Part shown: positions 45,808 through 56,069 of the stretch, one piece after another | Layout of the letters: each line of letters begins with the position of its first letter | Position numbering within the stretch: the stretch's first letter is position 1 | Source of the DNA: Terriglobia bacterium | GTDB lineage: Bacteria > Acidobacteriota > Terriglobia > Bryobacterales > Bryobacteraceae | NCBI GenBank assembly: GCA_963835255.1 | Contig: CAWIFY010000022.1 | Location: 35,784-99,783 of the forward strand | Length of the DNA: 64,000 nucleotides | Reading direction: 5' to 3' | Position numbers and translations under genes: made by a program | Notes under the pieces: generated by a model | What the model saw: only the letters and a program-made list of their open reading frames with translations | Databases searched by the model: none | Told to the model about the DNA's origin: nothing

Positions 45808-46785
45808 TTACCACCCGAGAACGTACGCAAACAGCAGCGGTGCCACCATCGACGCATCGGATTCGATCACGTATTTCGGCGTATCGATGCTCAACTTTTC
45901 CCACGTGATCTTTTCGTTCGGGATTGCGCCCGAGTAGGACCCATAGCTAGTTGTCGAATCGCTGATCTGGCAGAAATAGCCCCATAGCGGGATATCTTCG
46001 CGCTCCAGATCTTGCCTCAACATGGGCACGACGCAGATCGGGAAGTCGCCCGCAATGCCGCCCCCAACCTGGAAGAACCCGATCGACGAACCTGTCGACG
46101 TATTCGTGTACCACTCCGCCAGCGACATCATATACTCGATTCCCGTTCGAACCGTGTGCACGTTCTTTACGTCTTTCGAAATGCAATGGCCCGCATACAT
46201 GTTGCCGAGAGTTGAATCTTCCCAGCCTGGAACAAACATCGGAAGATTGCGCTCCATGGCGGCGTAAAGCCAACTGTCCTTTACGTCAATCTGGAAGCTC
46301 TTCTGCAAATCGGGCGAGTTGAGAATCCGAAAAAAGAACTCGTGCGGAAAATAGCGTTCGTTCTTTTGGTCGGCTCCGATCCATTCTTTAAGAATCACGC
46401 CTTCGATGCGCCGCATGGCTTCTTCTTCTGGGATACAGGTATCGGTGACACGATTCATGTGGCGCTCAAGTAACTTTTGCTCGTCTTCCGGCTTTAGATC
46501 CCGCCAGTGTGGGACGCGCTCATAGAAATTGTGCGCCACAAGATTAAAGACATCCTCTTCCAGGTTTGCTCCGGTGCAGCAAATTCCATGAACCTTGTCC
46601 TGGCGGATCATCTCAGCCAAGGACACTCCCAACTCGGCTGTGCTCATCGCTCCGGCGAGCGTGACAAACATCTTTCCGCCCCGCTGAAGATGGTTGGCGT
46701 AGCCTTCGGCGGCATCGACCAGCGTGGCTGAGTTGAAATGGCGGAACTGATGTTTTATGAAGCTGGTAATCGGACCTTGACTCAT
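45808..46785 (-). CDS. deoxyhypusine synthase-like protein
   Basis: 325 aa. ..MFVTLAGAMSTAELG...GICCTGANLEEDVFNLV...FFQVGGGIAGDFPI is the DHS family pattern. Confidence 0.85.
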   Translation of the reverse strand: MSQGPITSFIKHQFRHFNSATLVDAAEGYANHLQRGGKMFVTLAGAMSTAELGVSLAEMIRQDKVHGICCTGANLEEDVFNLVAHNFYERVPHWRDLKPEDEQKLLERHMNRVTDTCIPEEEAMRRIEGVILKEWIGADQKNERYFPHEFFFRILNSPDLQKSFQIDVKDSWLYAAMERNLPMFVPGWEDSTLGNMYAGHCISKDVKNVHTVRTGIEYMMSLAEWYTNTSTGSSIGFFQVGGGIAGDFPICVVPMLRQDLEREDIPLWGYFCQISDSTTSYGSYSGAIPNEKITWEKLSIDTPKYVIESDASMVAPLLFAYVLGW

Positions 46786-46813
46786 CTCTTATTCAAGGTA
46801 CCGTTCTGTTATT

Positions 46814-48271
46814 TCAATCCAGTTGCATAGGCACGTAAAGCAGATGGCCTTGGCGCTCGATAAGCAATACAACAGATTCGCCCGGTTTCATCGCTCCCAG
46901 ATACTGGCGCAACTGAGGGACTCCGTTGACCACCTGGCGGTTTAGTCCGTAAATCACATCGCCAGTTTCAAGGGGTGGTCCTGAGTAGGGTGCGCCAGAC
47001 CTGCGCGCAGCCACGACAACACCGGCGGGACGGCGCAGATCCGGCATCAGCTCGCGTACCGGCTTCGTTATGTCGAGCCCCACGATGCCTAATTCGGGCA
47101 CCACATTCTTCACCGGATCCACCATGTCAGCGAGGGCATCGAGCTCGCCGCCCGATTGCTCTTCCGTGATGACCGGCAAATCGAGTTGCTGGTCCTCCCG
47201 CTGCACTCGAACAGTCAGCTTGGTCCCAGGACTCACGCGAAATACTCGCGCTTCAAGCTGATGAAGACTCGTGACCGGACGTCCGTTCATGCCAATCACG
47301 ATGTCGTCGACTTGCAATCCAGCGTGTGCCGCGGCCCCGTCCGGCTCGACATCGGAGATGATTACGCCGTGATCGGTTTCGAGCTTCAGCCCCTCGGCCA
47401 TATCGGGTGTTACCGTCTGGGCTACTATCCCGAGTTGCGCGCGGTGCACGTGCCCCTGGGTCCGTAACTGCTGGTAAACATCGCGGGCAATTTTACTCGG
47501 GATGGCAAAGCCGATCCCTTCACTTCCGCCCGATTGCGTCATGATGAACGTGTTTACCCCCACTACCTGTCCATCCGTATCGACCAGCGGTCCTCCACTA
47601 TTTCCTGGATTGATCGGAGCGTCGGTCTGGACATAAACCATTGGGTTTTCGGCCTTGATTTGCCGGGAGACGGCGCTTACAACTCCCATGCTGACCGAAT
47701 TGTCGAGACCTAGCGGGTTACCGAGCGCGAGCACGATCTCGCCCTGCTTCAGCTCGTCGGAATCGCCGAAGTTCAGGTACGGCAGGTTTTTCTCATCTAT
47801 CTTGATCACGGCCAGGTCACTGTCATGATCTAGCCCGATTAAGGTTCCTACAAACGGTCTATTCACCGTGCGGTCACCCTGTTCGCGGGCGGCAGCTTCG
47901 GTCCGCACATTGAGTTGCACTTTGACGCTGTGCGCGCCCTTCACCACATGCGCGTTGGTCAGAATATAGCCATCCGAACTCATGATGATGCCCGAACCGC
48001 TGCTAACCTCGGCCGTCAACAGCTCACCGTTGTTACTAGATCCTTCGGCCGGCACATAGCTACGCACGAAAATCTGCACCACGGCGCGGCCGCATCGCTG
48101 CGAAACTTCTTCGAAAGAAGAACTCAACTGCTTAAGCACGTCCATCTTTTCCGGATTAGGCGTGGCCGGAGGTTTCCCGCCGTGCTCTGCGACATTCTGC
48201 TGGCCCCAGGCGAAAGACAAGCACAGACCGCTGACCATCGCCCACTTACCAAAACTCGCATTTCCACTCAT
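46814..48271 (-). CDS. HtrA/DegP-family periplasmic serine protease with two PDZ domains
   Basis: Signal peptide present. Catalytic motifs ILTNAHVV, DLAVIKI and GNSGGPLV, followed by two PDZ-like segments. Confidence 0.9.
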   Translation of the reverse strand: MSGNASFGKWAMVSGLCLSFAWGQQNVAEHGGKPPATPNPEKMDVLKQLSSSFEEVSQRCGRAVVQIFVRSYVPAEGSSNNGELLTAEVSSGSGIIMSSDGYILTNAHVVKGAHSVKVQLNVRTEAAAREQGDRTVNRPFVGTLIGLDHDSDLAVIKIDEKNLPYLNFGDSDELKQGEIVLALGNPLGLDNSVSMGVVSAVSRQIKAENPMVYVQTDAPINPGNSGGPLVDTDGQVVGVNTFIMTQSGGSEGIGFAIPSKIARDVYQQLRTQGHVHRAQLGIVAQTVTPDMAEGLKLETDHGVIISDVEPDGAAAHAGLQVDDIVIGMNGRPVTSLHQLEARVFRVSPGTKLTVRVQREDQQLDLPVITEEQSGGELDALADMVDPVKNVVPELGIVGLDITKPVRELMPDLRRPAGVVVAARRSGAPYSGPPLETGDVIYGLNRQVVNGVPQLRQYLGAMKPGESVVLLIERQGHLLYVPMQLD

Positions 48272-48355
48272 CGAGAGACTCCTTAAAATTATCGATGCAA
48301 CGAACGAAAACTTAGCATTCGGGAGAATTGTTAACCTCTAGCAGTACACACTGGC

Positions 48356-50047
48356 TTGCAAGTAAGGATTCGCATTTCTAATAGGCTCAGATCGCCGCGC
48401 GCGGTTACGGTCCCAGGACCCGTCGCGAACTCGCAAGCCGCCTTCAACCAGGAACTCGCGCCCGCTCCTACCCGGCGCGCGCCTTTGGGCGCGTCTTCCA
48501 GTGTGGCACTGGGCATTCTGCTGAGCCGCATCACCGGGCTCGTCAGAGAAAGAGCTTTTGGGCATTACCTGGGAAACTCATCGGTCGCCGGGGTTTTCCG
48601 CGCCGCTTTCCGTATTCCGAACCTTCTCAGCATGCTGTTTGGAGAAGGCGTTCTGTCGGCCGCGTTCGTAACCGTTTACGCGAAATTAAGAGCACAGCAG
48701 GAAGATGAGGAAGCGGAGCACCTCGCGGCTGCCGTTTTCGGAGTGCTCACGCTGATTTGCTCTGTCCTCGTGCTCTTGGGCGTGCTCATAGCGCCGCTGC
48801 TGATCGACCTTATTGCTCCCGGTTTTCACGGTGAGGATCGCATCCTTACTGTGCGGCTGGTCCGTATTCTTTTTCCCGGTGCCGGCATCCTGGTCATGAG
48901 CGCCTGGTGCTTAGGCGTACTGAATAGCCATCGCAAGTTTCTGCTGTCTTATACTGCTCCGGTCGCTATGAATGGCGCCATGATCGCCGCGCTGGTATTG
49001 TTCGCAAGATACCTGCCGCGGCAGCAGATAGTGATCTATCTCGCGTGGGCCGCCGTCCTGGGTAGCTTTTTGCAGTTTTCGGTTCAGTTGCCGGCTGTTC
49101 TTCGCCTACTGCCTACTTTTCGCCCTTTGCTCGATTTCAGCTCTAACCATGTGAAAACTGTGATCAGGAATTTCGGCCCTGTGTTCGTAAGCCGGGGAGT
49201 CGTGCAAATTAGCGCCTGGATCGATCAGATGATTGCGAGCGTACTTGGAACCATTGCGGTCTCCACGCTAGGTTATGCCCAGATCATCGGCATTCTGCCC
49301 TTCAGCCTCTTCAGCGCCTCAATCTCGGCCGCGGAACTGCCGGCACTATCGAGCGCGTTGGGAACACGCGAAGAAGTCGCGCACGTCCTTCGCACTCGGC
49401 TTACCGCTGGTTTGCGGCGCATCGCTTTCTTTATTGTGCCCTCCGCTGTGGCGTTCTTGACTCTTGGCGACGTACTCGTGGGCGCTCTGTACCAGGGCGG
49501 CCGATTCGATTACGCTGCTACCATTTACGTCTGGTCCGCTTTGGCCGGCTCTTCCATAGGCTTGCTCGCTACCTCGCTCGGACGGCTCTATTCGTCTGTG
49601 TTCTACGCGCTGCACGATACCAGAACGCCCTTGCGATTTGCCCTGATCCGCATTACGGTGACAACCGTTCTGGGCCTCATTTTTGCTTTGCGTTTGCCTC
49701 ACTGGCTCGGCATCGACCCAAAGTGGGGCGTGGCTGGCCTGACCTCTTCGGCGGGTCTGGCAGGGTGGGTGGAATTTGCGCTTCTGCGCCGCGCGCTAGC
49801 GGAAAGAATTGGCGCTACGCCGCTCACCGTGAGCTTCACGGCAAAACTCTGGACTATTTCCGTCCTGGCTGCCGTCCTTGGGTACGCAATAAAATCGACC
49901 CTTGGCATGAGGCATCCGCTTCCGCTCGCGATGGTTGTCATTCCTTTGTATGCCGCTGTGTATTTCTCCGGCACTGCTTTGTTGGGCGTTAATGAGTCGA
50001 GAGCATTTTTCTCGGGCGGTTTGCGCAGACTCGGGTTTGGCAGATGA
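48356..50047 (+). CDS. murJ: lipid II flippase MurJ
   Basis: ..LGILLSRITGLVRERAFGHYLG.. and 14 predicted TM segments. The true start may be downstream (in-frame TTG ~48484 or GTG ~48502), because the first ~45 aa look non-native. Confidence 0.85.
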   Translation: MQVRIRISNRLRSPRAVTVPGPVANSQAAFNQELAPAPTRRAPLGASSSVALGILLSRITGLVRERAFGHYLGNSSVAGVFRAAFRIPNLLSMLFGEGVLSAAFVTVYAKLRAQQEDEEAEHLAAAVFGVLTLICSVLVLLGVLIAPLLIDLIAPGFHGEDRILTVRLVRILFPGAGILVMSAWCLGVLNSHRKFLLSYTAPVAMNGAMIAALVLFARYLPRQQIVIYLAWAAVLGSFLQFSVQLPAVLRLLPTFRPLLDFSSNHVKTVIRNFGPVFVSRGVVQISAWIDQMIASVLGTIAVSTLGYAQIIGILPFSLFSASISAAELPALSSALGTREEVAHVLRTRLTAGLRRIAFFIVPSAVAFLTLGDVLVGALYQGGRFDYAATIYVWSALAGSSIGLLATSLGRLYSSVFYALHDTRTPLRFALIRITVTTVLGLIFALRLPHWLGIDPKWGVAGLTSSAGLAGWVEFALLRRALAERIGATPLTVSFTAKLWTISVLAAVLGYAIKSTLGMRHPLPLAMVVIPLYAAVYFSGTALLGVNESRAFFSGGLRRLGFGR

Positions 50048-51727
50048 TCAGTGGCTCTGGCCGGCTTGTATCAATTGCTCAGCTTGGCGCAGAGCTTCGG
50101 GCGTAATCTGCTCACCGGACAGCATGCGCCCTATTTCCCGTGCACGATCTTCCGGGCCGAGGTTGTCGACCTGAGTGGTGATCCGTCCTTTTCTTTCGCT
50201 TTTCGAAATCGCGTAATGGTGATCGGCAAATCCGGCTATCTGGGCCAGGTGCGTTACGCAAAGCACCTGGTTGATGCGCGACAATATCTTCAGCCTTTTG
50301 CCAACCGCAGCAGCGGCTGCCCCGCCTACCCCGGAATCCACCTCATCGAAGACGAGTGTTGGTAAACCCTCGTGCCGGACGGCTCCTCCTGCGGCGGTTT
50401 TCAAAGCCAGGGCGATGCGTGAAAGCTCACCTCCTGAAGCGATCTTTTCAAGCGCCTTCAGCTCCTCTCCCCGATTCGGTGAGACAAGGAAAAGAATTTC
50501 ATCCGTGCCGTTAGCGGTCCACGCTCCTGGCTGAAGCCGTATCTGAAATTGTGTGCCACCCATCATTAAGCCCTTCAGCTCGGCTTCAGCGGCTTTGCTC
50601 AGGCGAGCCGCCGCCGCTCGGCGCGCTTCGCTCAAGCGGGTTGCGCTCTCCTTATAGCGTCTCGCCAGCTCCTCTTGCCGGTTTTGAAGAGTTGTGCGAT
50701 GAGCCGTCGCGTTCTCCACTTCATCAATGTGGGTGGCCACCTCCGCACGGAAGGCAAGCACCTCTTCAATCGTGCGTCCGTATTTTCTTTTCAGGCGGTC
50801 GAGCGCGGCCAATCGGCTCTCCACGTCCTCCAGCCGCGCCGGATCTCCTTCCAGCTTGCCCAGATAGTCCCGCAGCGTGTAGGCCGCTTCATCCAGCAAA
50901 ACCGAGGCTTGACGCAGAGAGCTCGTTGTCTCGCTTAGCGTCTCGTCTATCCGGACCAGCTCGTCCATCCGCTTGAGCGTTTGCCGGACCTGCGTGGTAG
51001 CGCTTTGAGGAGCTTCATAGAGCGCATCGAAAGCGGCGGCCGCGCTCTCCTGGAGCTTTGTCATGTTCTGCAGAATCTTGCGCTCGGCTTCGAGCTCGGC
51101 ATCTTCACCCGCGCGGGGCACCACAGAATCGATCTCGCTCCGCTGAAAACTCCAAAGGTCCAGCAAACGCAGCTTCTCTTGCTCCGTGCGGTCGAGTTCG
51201 GCAAGTTTTTCGCCCGTCTCGCGCCATTCGCCGAAGATCTGCGCCACCTGCGCCCGCTGTGTTCCAGTGCCGGCGTATTCGTCCAAAAGATCGCGCTGCG
51301 CCTGGGCCGTGAACAGGAGCTGCTGTTCATTCTGCCCATGAATGTCTCCCAGAGCTGGGGCAAGCTGGCGCAAGAACGCAGTTGTCACCGGGCGATTCGC
51401 CACGAAGGCCCGCGATTTGCCGCTCGTTGTTATTTCGCGCTCTACGATCAATTCTTCTTCCGGGGCTCTCTCGATACCCGCCTCAAGAAAAAGCCGGCTT
51501 AACTCCTGGCCAGGGGCAGCAGCGAAGATGCCGGAAACGCGAGCGCGGCTTTCGCCCGTGCGAACCATCTCGGCCGAAGCCCGCGCCCCGAGCAGCAGAC
51601 TGAGCGCATCCACGATGATCGATTTGCCGCTTCCGGTCTCACCAGAAAGTACGTTAAGGCCTTCTCCAAAACGGATCCGAGCTTGTTCGACTACTGCATA
51701 ATTTTCTACTATGAGCTCGAGCAGCAT
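50048..51727 (-). CDS. recN: DNA repair protein RecN
   Basis: N-terminal Walker A GETGSGKS, a long coiled-coil, C-terminal SGGELSRIALAL and VFDEVDSGVGG. Confidence 0.93.
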   Translation of the reverse strand: MLLELIVENYAVVEQARIRFGEGLNVLSGETGSGKSIIVDALSLLLGARASAEMVRTGESRARVSGIFAAAPGQELSRLFLEAGIERAPEEELIVEREITTSGKSRAFVANRPVTTAFLRQLAPALGDIHGQNEQQLLFTAQAQRDLLDEYAGTGTQRAQVAQIFGEWRETGEKLAELDRTEQEKLRLLDLWSFQRSEIDSVVPRAGEDAELEAERKILQNMTKLQESAAAAFDALYEAPQSATTQVRQTLKRMDELVRIDETLSETTSSLRQASVLLDEAAYTLRDYLGKLEGDPARLEDVESRLAALDRLKRKYGRTIEEVLAFRAEVATHIDEVENATAHRTTLQNRQEELARRYKESATRLSEARRAAAARLSKAAEAELKGLMMGGTQFQIRLQPGAWTANGTDEILFLVSPNRGEELKALEKIASGGELSRIALALKTAAGGAVRHEGLPTLVFDEVDSGVGGAAAAAVGKRLKILSRINQVLCVTHLAQIAGFADHHYAISKSERKGRITTQVDNLGPEDRAREIGRMLSGEQITPEALRQAEQLIQAGQSH

Positions 51728-51789
51728 GTGACCGAATTATAGAGCGCGGCCGCAATGCCGGGCCTGCGGAGTCAAACAGCTCCTGCTTC

Positions 51790-52314
51790 TTAGTCGTTCC
51801 TCAATTGCCGCTCTAGCTCCGCCCAGAGCTCTTCGACGACGATCTGTTTCCCATTCGGTAGCGTCATCATCGAGATGCGTTCCAGGTTCTTGGTCGTACT
51901 GCTCCAAACCCATGCATCCCTAGATTCCGGGTCCATAACGAAGATCGACCGAGTGCCGATCCGCTCATAATTCCGGCATTTGGAGATTACTCGCTGCATA
52001 CGATCATCCGGAGAAACTACCTCCACGACGACGTCTATCGGTTGGGTCGGATAGGGACCCTCGATCCTGGTCCAAGCGGCAACATCAGCTTTGGGCTGCC
52101 ACTCAGGGTCGATCCTCAGTTCCAGCTCAGGTCCAGATTTGTAACCGGCCTGTTTCAAGACCGCTAATAAGATACTTACGAGCAGGACGTGCGAAACAGT
52201 CGGCACTGTCTTCTGCACCGCCTCCCCAAACCAATATTCAAAATATGGTTTTTCTTCGGCGTAGCGAGAACGAAACTCCTCGAGTGAAAGCAGATTCAGC
52301 CTAGCCGTCGCCAT
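51790..52314 (-). CDS. Uma2 (DUF820) family putative endonuclease, tandem copy 1
   Basis: 174 aa from the internal ATG 52314. About 85% identical by eye to copy 2. ..DVVVEVVSPDD...KCRNYERIGTRSIFVMDPE. Confidence 0.8.
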   Translation of the reverse strand: MATARLNLLSLEEFRSRYAEEKPYFEYWFGEAVQKTVPTVSHVLLVSILLAVLKQAGYKSGPELELRIDPEWQPKADVAAWTRIEGPYPTQPIDVVVEVVSPDDRMQRVISKCRNYERIGTRSIFVMDPESRDAWVWSSTTKNLERISMMTLPNGKQIVVEELWAELERQLRND

Positions 52315-52409
52315 GTACTGAGTATATTTGTTCGAGAGCGCGCTCAAATCCCCGCAGCTAATCCCCTGCTCTCTAAGACCGCCGCAGATATGGCCGTTCC
52401 CGAGGCTTG

Positions 52410-52934
52410 TTAGTCGTTCCTCAACTGCCGCCCAAGTTCCGCCCAGAGCTCCTCGATCGCGATCTGTTTTCCGTTCGGTAGCGTCATCCTCGAGATGCGT
52501 TCCAGGTTTTGTGTGATCCTGCTCCACTCCCATGCATCCCTAGATTCCGGGTCCATGACGAAGATCGACCGAATGCCTATGCGTTCGTAATTGCGGCATT
52601 TGGCAATCACTCGCCGCATAGGGTCTTCAGGAGATAGGACTTCCACCACGATGTCTATTGGCTGAGTCGGATAAGGACCGTCGATTCGGGTCCAAGCGGC
52701 AACATCGGCCTTTGGTTGCCAGTCAGGGTCGATCCTTAACTCCAGCTCGGGTCCCGACTTATATCCAGCTTGATCCAGAGCAAACAGCAGAATCTTTACA
52801 AGCAGGACGTGCAAAACAGTTGGCACCGCCTTTTGAACCGCCTCCCCAAACCAGTATTCAAAGTACGGCTTTTCTTCGGCATAACGGTGGCGGAACTCTT
52901 CGAGTGACAGTAGGTTGAGCCTCGCTGTTGCCAT
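52410..52934 (-). CDS. Uma2 (DUF820) family putative endonuclease, tandem copy 2
   Basis: 174 aa. MATARLNLLSLEEFRHRYAEEKPYFEYWFGEAVQK...DIVVEVLSPED...KCRNYERIGIRSIFVMDPE. Confidence 0.8.
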   Translation of the reverse strand: MATARLNLLSLEEFRHRYAEEKPYFEYWFGEAVQKAVPTVLHVLLVKILLFALDQAGYKSGPELELRIDPDWQPKADVAAWTRIDGPYPTQPIDIVVEVLSPEDPMRRVIAKCRNYERIGIRSIFVMDPESRDAWEWSRITQNLERISRMTLPNGKQIAIEELWAELGRQLRND

Positions 52935-52978
52935 GTACTAAGTATATTTTGTTCGAGAGCGCGCTCAAATCCCCGCAG

Positions 52979-54175
52979 CTAATCCCTTCTCTCTAACACC
53001 GCCGCATAGAAACCATCTCCCTCATCCCTCCCGGGTAAGCGCCACACCTCGCGTGTACAGCGGAAGGAAGAGTGCTGGTCGAGAAAGTCTCGTATCGTGT
53101 CTTCGTTCTCCTCGCGTTCGAGCGAACAGGTTGCGTAGAGCAGCTTTCCGTCGGGCGCGAGCACGCAAATAGCTTGTGAGAGCATCGCCAACTGCTTTTC
53201 ATGAAACCGCTTGAGATCGACCTCCTCCAGACGCCACTTGATCTCCGGATTCCGCGCCAGCGTTCCGGTACCCGAACAGGGGGCATCGATGAAGATGCAC
53301 TGGAACCTGACACCGAACGGCAGTGGCTCGGTGGCATCCAAAACAACACGCGGACAAACAGGCGGAATCTCGCGGATTCGTTTAGCGCTGATATCGCAGG
53401 CAACCGCCAGCGCCAACGGCGTTTCCAATGCGTGCAAGGTCTTGTTGCCTGGTGCCGCGCACAGGTCGAGATAGGTATAGCCGGGCCGGAGATCGAGCAA
53501 TGGAATAATTGCCTGTGAGCTAATGTCGTGTAGCCTCCGCCCTGGCGGGGATTTCGAGACGAGGCGGTAGGCGCCGGGCACGTTGCCGCCCTCACTTTCG
53601 AGGTCAGAAGGAACCGGTGAGCCTGGTGGGATCCGGATGTAAGGAACCGGTTCCTGCAACGCCGCAGCCGCGATTCCGCGAGCAGTCTCGGCGCCAAAAT
53701 GGGCGCGCCAGCGCTCGAGCAACCAGACAGGGCAGCTAAGCTCAATTGAATCGTCCGGCCATTTGACGGGAGCACGGTTCACTTTACGAAGAACCGCGTT
53801 CGCTAAACCAGTTGCAGCGCGTTTATGGGCTTTGACGAATTCGACCGACTCATGAACCGCCGCGTGGGCCGGAATGCGTTCGAGATAACGAAGTTGAAAA
53901 ATGGCAGCCCGTAAGGCTAGCCGAACCGTCTCGTCGAGCTCCCCAGCCCGCCGCCCAGAATATTGAAAAACCAGGTAATCGAGCTGACTCTGGTAACGCA
54001 GACAGCCGAAAACGATCTGCGCGGCTAAACCAGCGTCCCGCTGCATAAGACCCCAGCTCCTCTCCCGGAGAGCATCCGAAGCATATGCGCCGTCCGCCAC
54101 CGCCTCTAGAGTGTCGAAGGCTGCACTTCTAGCTGCCGATATCGGGCGCGTCAAATTGCCGGTCACAGGCATCAA
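52979..54175 (-). CDS. rsmB: RsmB/Sun-family rRNA cytosine-C5 methyltransferase
   Basis: NusB-like N-domain. Motifs DLCAAPGNKT, FIDAPCSGTGT and LLYATCSL. Confidence 0.85.
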   Translation of the reverse strand: MMPVTGNLTRPISAARSAAFDTLEAVADGAYASDALRERSWGLMQRDAGLAAQIVFGCLRYQSQLDYLVFQYSGRRAGELDETVRLALRAAIFQLRYLERIPAHAAVHESVEFVKAHKRAATGLANAVLRKVNRAPVKWPDDSIELSCPVWLLERWRAHFGAETARGIAAAALQEPVPYIRIPPGSPVPSDLESEGGNVPGAYRLVSKSPPGRRLHDISSQAIIPLLDLRPGYTYLDLCAAPGNKTLHALETPLALAVACDISAKRIREIPPVCPRVVLDATEPLPFGVRFQCIFIDAPCSGTGTLARNPEIKWRLEEVDLKRFHEKQLAMLSQAICVLAPDGKLLYATCSLEREENEDTIRDFLDQHSSFRCTREVWRLPGRDEGDGFYAAVLERRD

Positions 54176-54328
54176 AAGCTTAGCCTAATCATTGTGTAGC
54201 AACAAATTGAGGAGAATTTGATCTTCCAATCTTTGCGGGCCTTATGTTAGGATGCTAATAGCCTCTGGGATGAGAGTCCTCGCGAGGCGCGCCTCATTAA
54301 CTTCCCTCGGAGCAACAACATTTATTAC

Positions 54329-54751
54329 ATGAGCTTTACCGTTTTCCTCGGAAATCTCCCTGTCTGGGTGACGGCCGACGATATCAAATCGTGGCTCTCC
54401 TCAGAGAACCTGGTCGCAGACGCGGTCAAGGTTATTCGCAATCCTGAAACTCAGGAATCGAAGGGTTTCGCCTTCATCGAATCGCCAAATCAGGATGAGA
54501 TGAACTCGATCATTCGCCGCTTCGATCGCGCTCCACTTGAAGACAGATTACTTCGTGCCAATCCTGCCCAACCTCCGAAATCGAGCGGTAAGGGCCCCGG
54601 AAAGAGCACACCTCCTCCCGATCGTGGCAATCGTCCAGCGGTCGCCGCCGGGAGCAATCTGCAACCGCGAAAAGGCGCCAATGGACGACGTCCAACCGGA
54701 TCACCTGCCCGGCAAAGTGCCTTTGCAGAGGAACTCGCCAAAGCTCTTTAG
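54329..54751 (+). CDS. RRM-domain RNA-binding protein with basic/Gly-Pro-rich tail
   Basis: RNP2 VFLGNL and RNP1 KGFAFIE. 140 aa. Confidence 0.85.
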   Translation: MSFTVFLGNLPVWVTADDIKSWLSSENLVADAVKVIRNPETQESKGFAFIESPNQDEMNSIIRRFDRAPLEDRLLRANPAQPPKSSGKGPGKSTPPPDRGNRPAVAAGSNLQPRKGANGRRPTGSPARQSAFAEELAKAL

Positions 54752-54920
54752 CCCGGCAGCCCTATCGAGCACGCGTGGCCTAAGCGTCCAACGTGCGTAG
54801 TGCATCGCAGGCGGTAATAAAGGGCTTTGTCTGCAAGTTCCCCCGCTCTCATCCTTCCTTAGTACTCCTCCCAAACCCTAGTGCGCCTGTGATATACTCC
54901 CTGGCATCATCAAAGGGCCT

Positions 54921-56069
54921 ATGATGACTAAAGAGCTGCGCGCAACCAAATCGGGGCACCAGTCTTTTAACCCTTCCTCCACTCTGCCCCCTGGCCGCGA
55001 AAACAAAACCGCGCGAAGTTTTAGTTGGGAAGCTCTTACCATTCGAGCTCTTTTCATTGCCCTAATTGGAGCATTGGCCGCCATCACTCATCCCTTTCGC
55101 TTGTCGCTTCCGGCCGCGGCGGCCAGTGGCATCCTCGTTGCTTTAGGCGCGACTTTGCTCGAAATGCGGCTGAGGCGGGCAGATCTAAAAACCCTCATAG
55201 GCGGTTCTTGTGGCGGCGTGGCCGGTACGGGCATCGGCCTGCTCTTCGCGTTCGTCCTAAATCAGTCTGTACTGCTTCAGGGGCCCACTTTGCAATTTTT
55301 CCGTTTAGCCCTTCCCCTATTAGGAGCTTATCTGGGCGCCCGCGCGGGCATCGCTAAGTCTGGACTTATCAGTACGGATGTACTGGGTAAGAGCGCCGAG
55401 TGTTCTGGCGCGTTCCCTGCGCCAAAGGTGCTCGATACGAGCGTTTTGATCGACGGCAGAATCGCCGACATTGCCGAATCGGGATTTCTCGACGGCCGCC
55501 TAATTGTTCCAGAGTTTGTTCTGCACGAGCTTCAGCTCGTGGCAGATTCCGCGGATTCGGCTAAGCGTAACCGTGGCCGGCGCGGTTTGGATGTCGTTCA
55601 GCGCCTACAATCCATCTCCGCTGTAAAGCTCGAAGTCTCTAATCAGGATTTCCCCGGCACCCGCGAAGTCGATCTCAAACTGATCGAGTTCGGGAAACAA
55701 TATTCCGCAAAAATCGTCACTAATGATTTCAATCTGAATAAGCTGGCCCAGGTTCAGGGAGTCAAAGTTCTGAACATCAATGAACTGGCCAATTCGTTAA
55801 GGCCGATTGTACTTCCGGGTGAAACAATGCGTGTCTTCATTTCAAAGGAAGGCAAAGAGTACAACCAGGGCGTCGCTTACCTCGATGATGGGACCATGGT
55901 AGTGGTTGACAATGCCCGGAGGCTTATCTCTAAGACGATCGACATCACCGTGACCAGCGTGTTACAAACAACTGCCGGTAAAATGATCTTCGGCAAACAC
56001 GACGAACGCCACCCCGTGGTCGCTGAACCCCGGATTGCTACCGCCTCAGCCGGTTCAACTGCCAGCTGA
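54921..56069 (+). CDS. PIN/TRAM-domain membrane-associated protein (YacL-like)
   Basis: N-terminal TM segments. PIN core VLDTSVLIDGRIADI...TNDFNLNKLA. C-terminal TRAM-like barrel GETMRVFISKEG...ITVTSVLQTTAGKMIFG. Confidence 0.85.
   Translation: MMTKELRATKSGHQSFNPSSTLPPGRENKTARSFSWEALTIRALFIALIGALAAITHPFRLSLPAAAASGILVALGATLLEMRLRRADLKTLIGGSCGGVAGTGIGLLFAFVLNQSVLLQGPTLQFFRLALPLLGAYLGARAGIAKSGLISTDVLGKSAECSGAFPAPKVLDTSVLIDGRIADIAESGFLDGRLIVPEFVLHELQLVADSADSAKRNRGRRGLDVVQRLQSISAVKLEVSNQDFPGTREVDLKLIEFGKQYSAKIVTNDFNLNKLAQVQGVKVLNINELANSLRPIVLPGETMRVFISKEGKEYNQGVAYLDDGTMVVVDNARRLISKTIDITVTSVLQTTAGKMIFGKHDERHPVVAEPRIATASAGSTAS

Noticed and set aside
54240-54328. Possible promoter (TTGCGG-17-TAATAG) and GAGGCGCGCCTC palindrome in the 5' leader of the RRM-protein gene
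   Set aside because: The hexamers are only moderately good, and the palindrome could be coincidental in GC-rich DNA. Not enough support to list as a feature.
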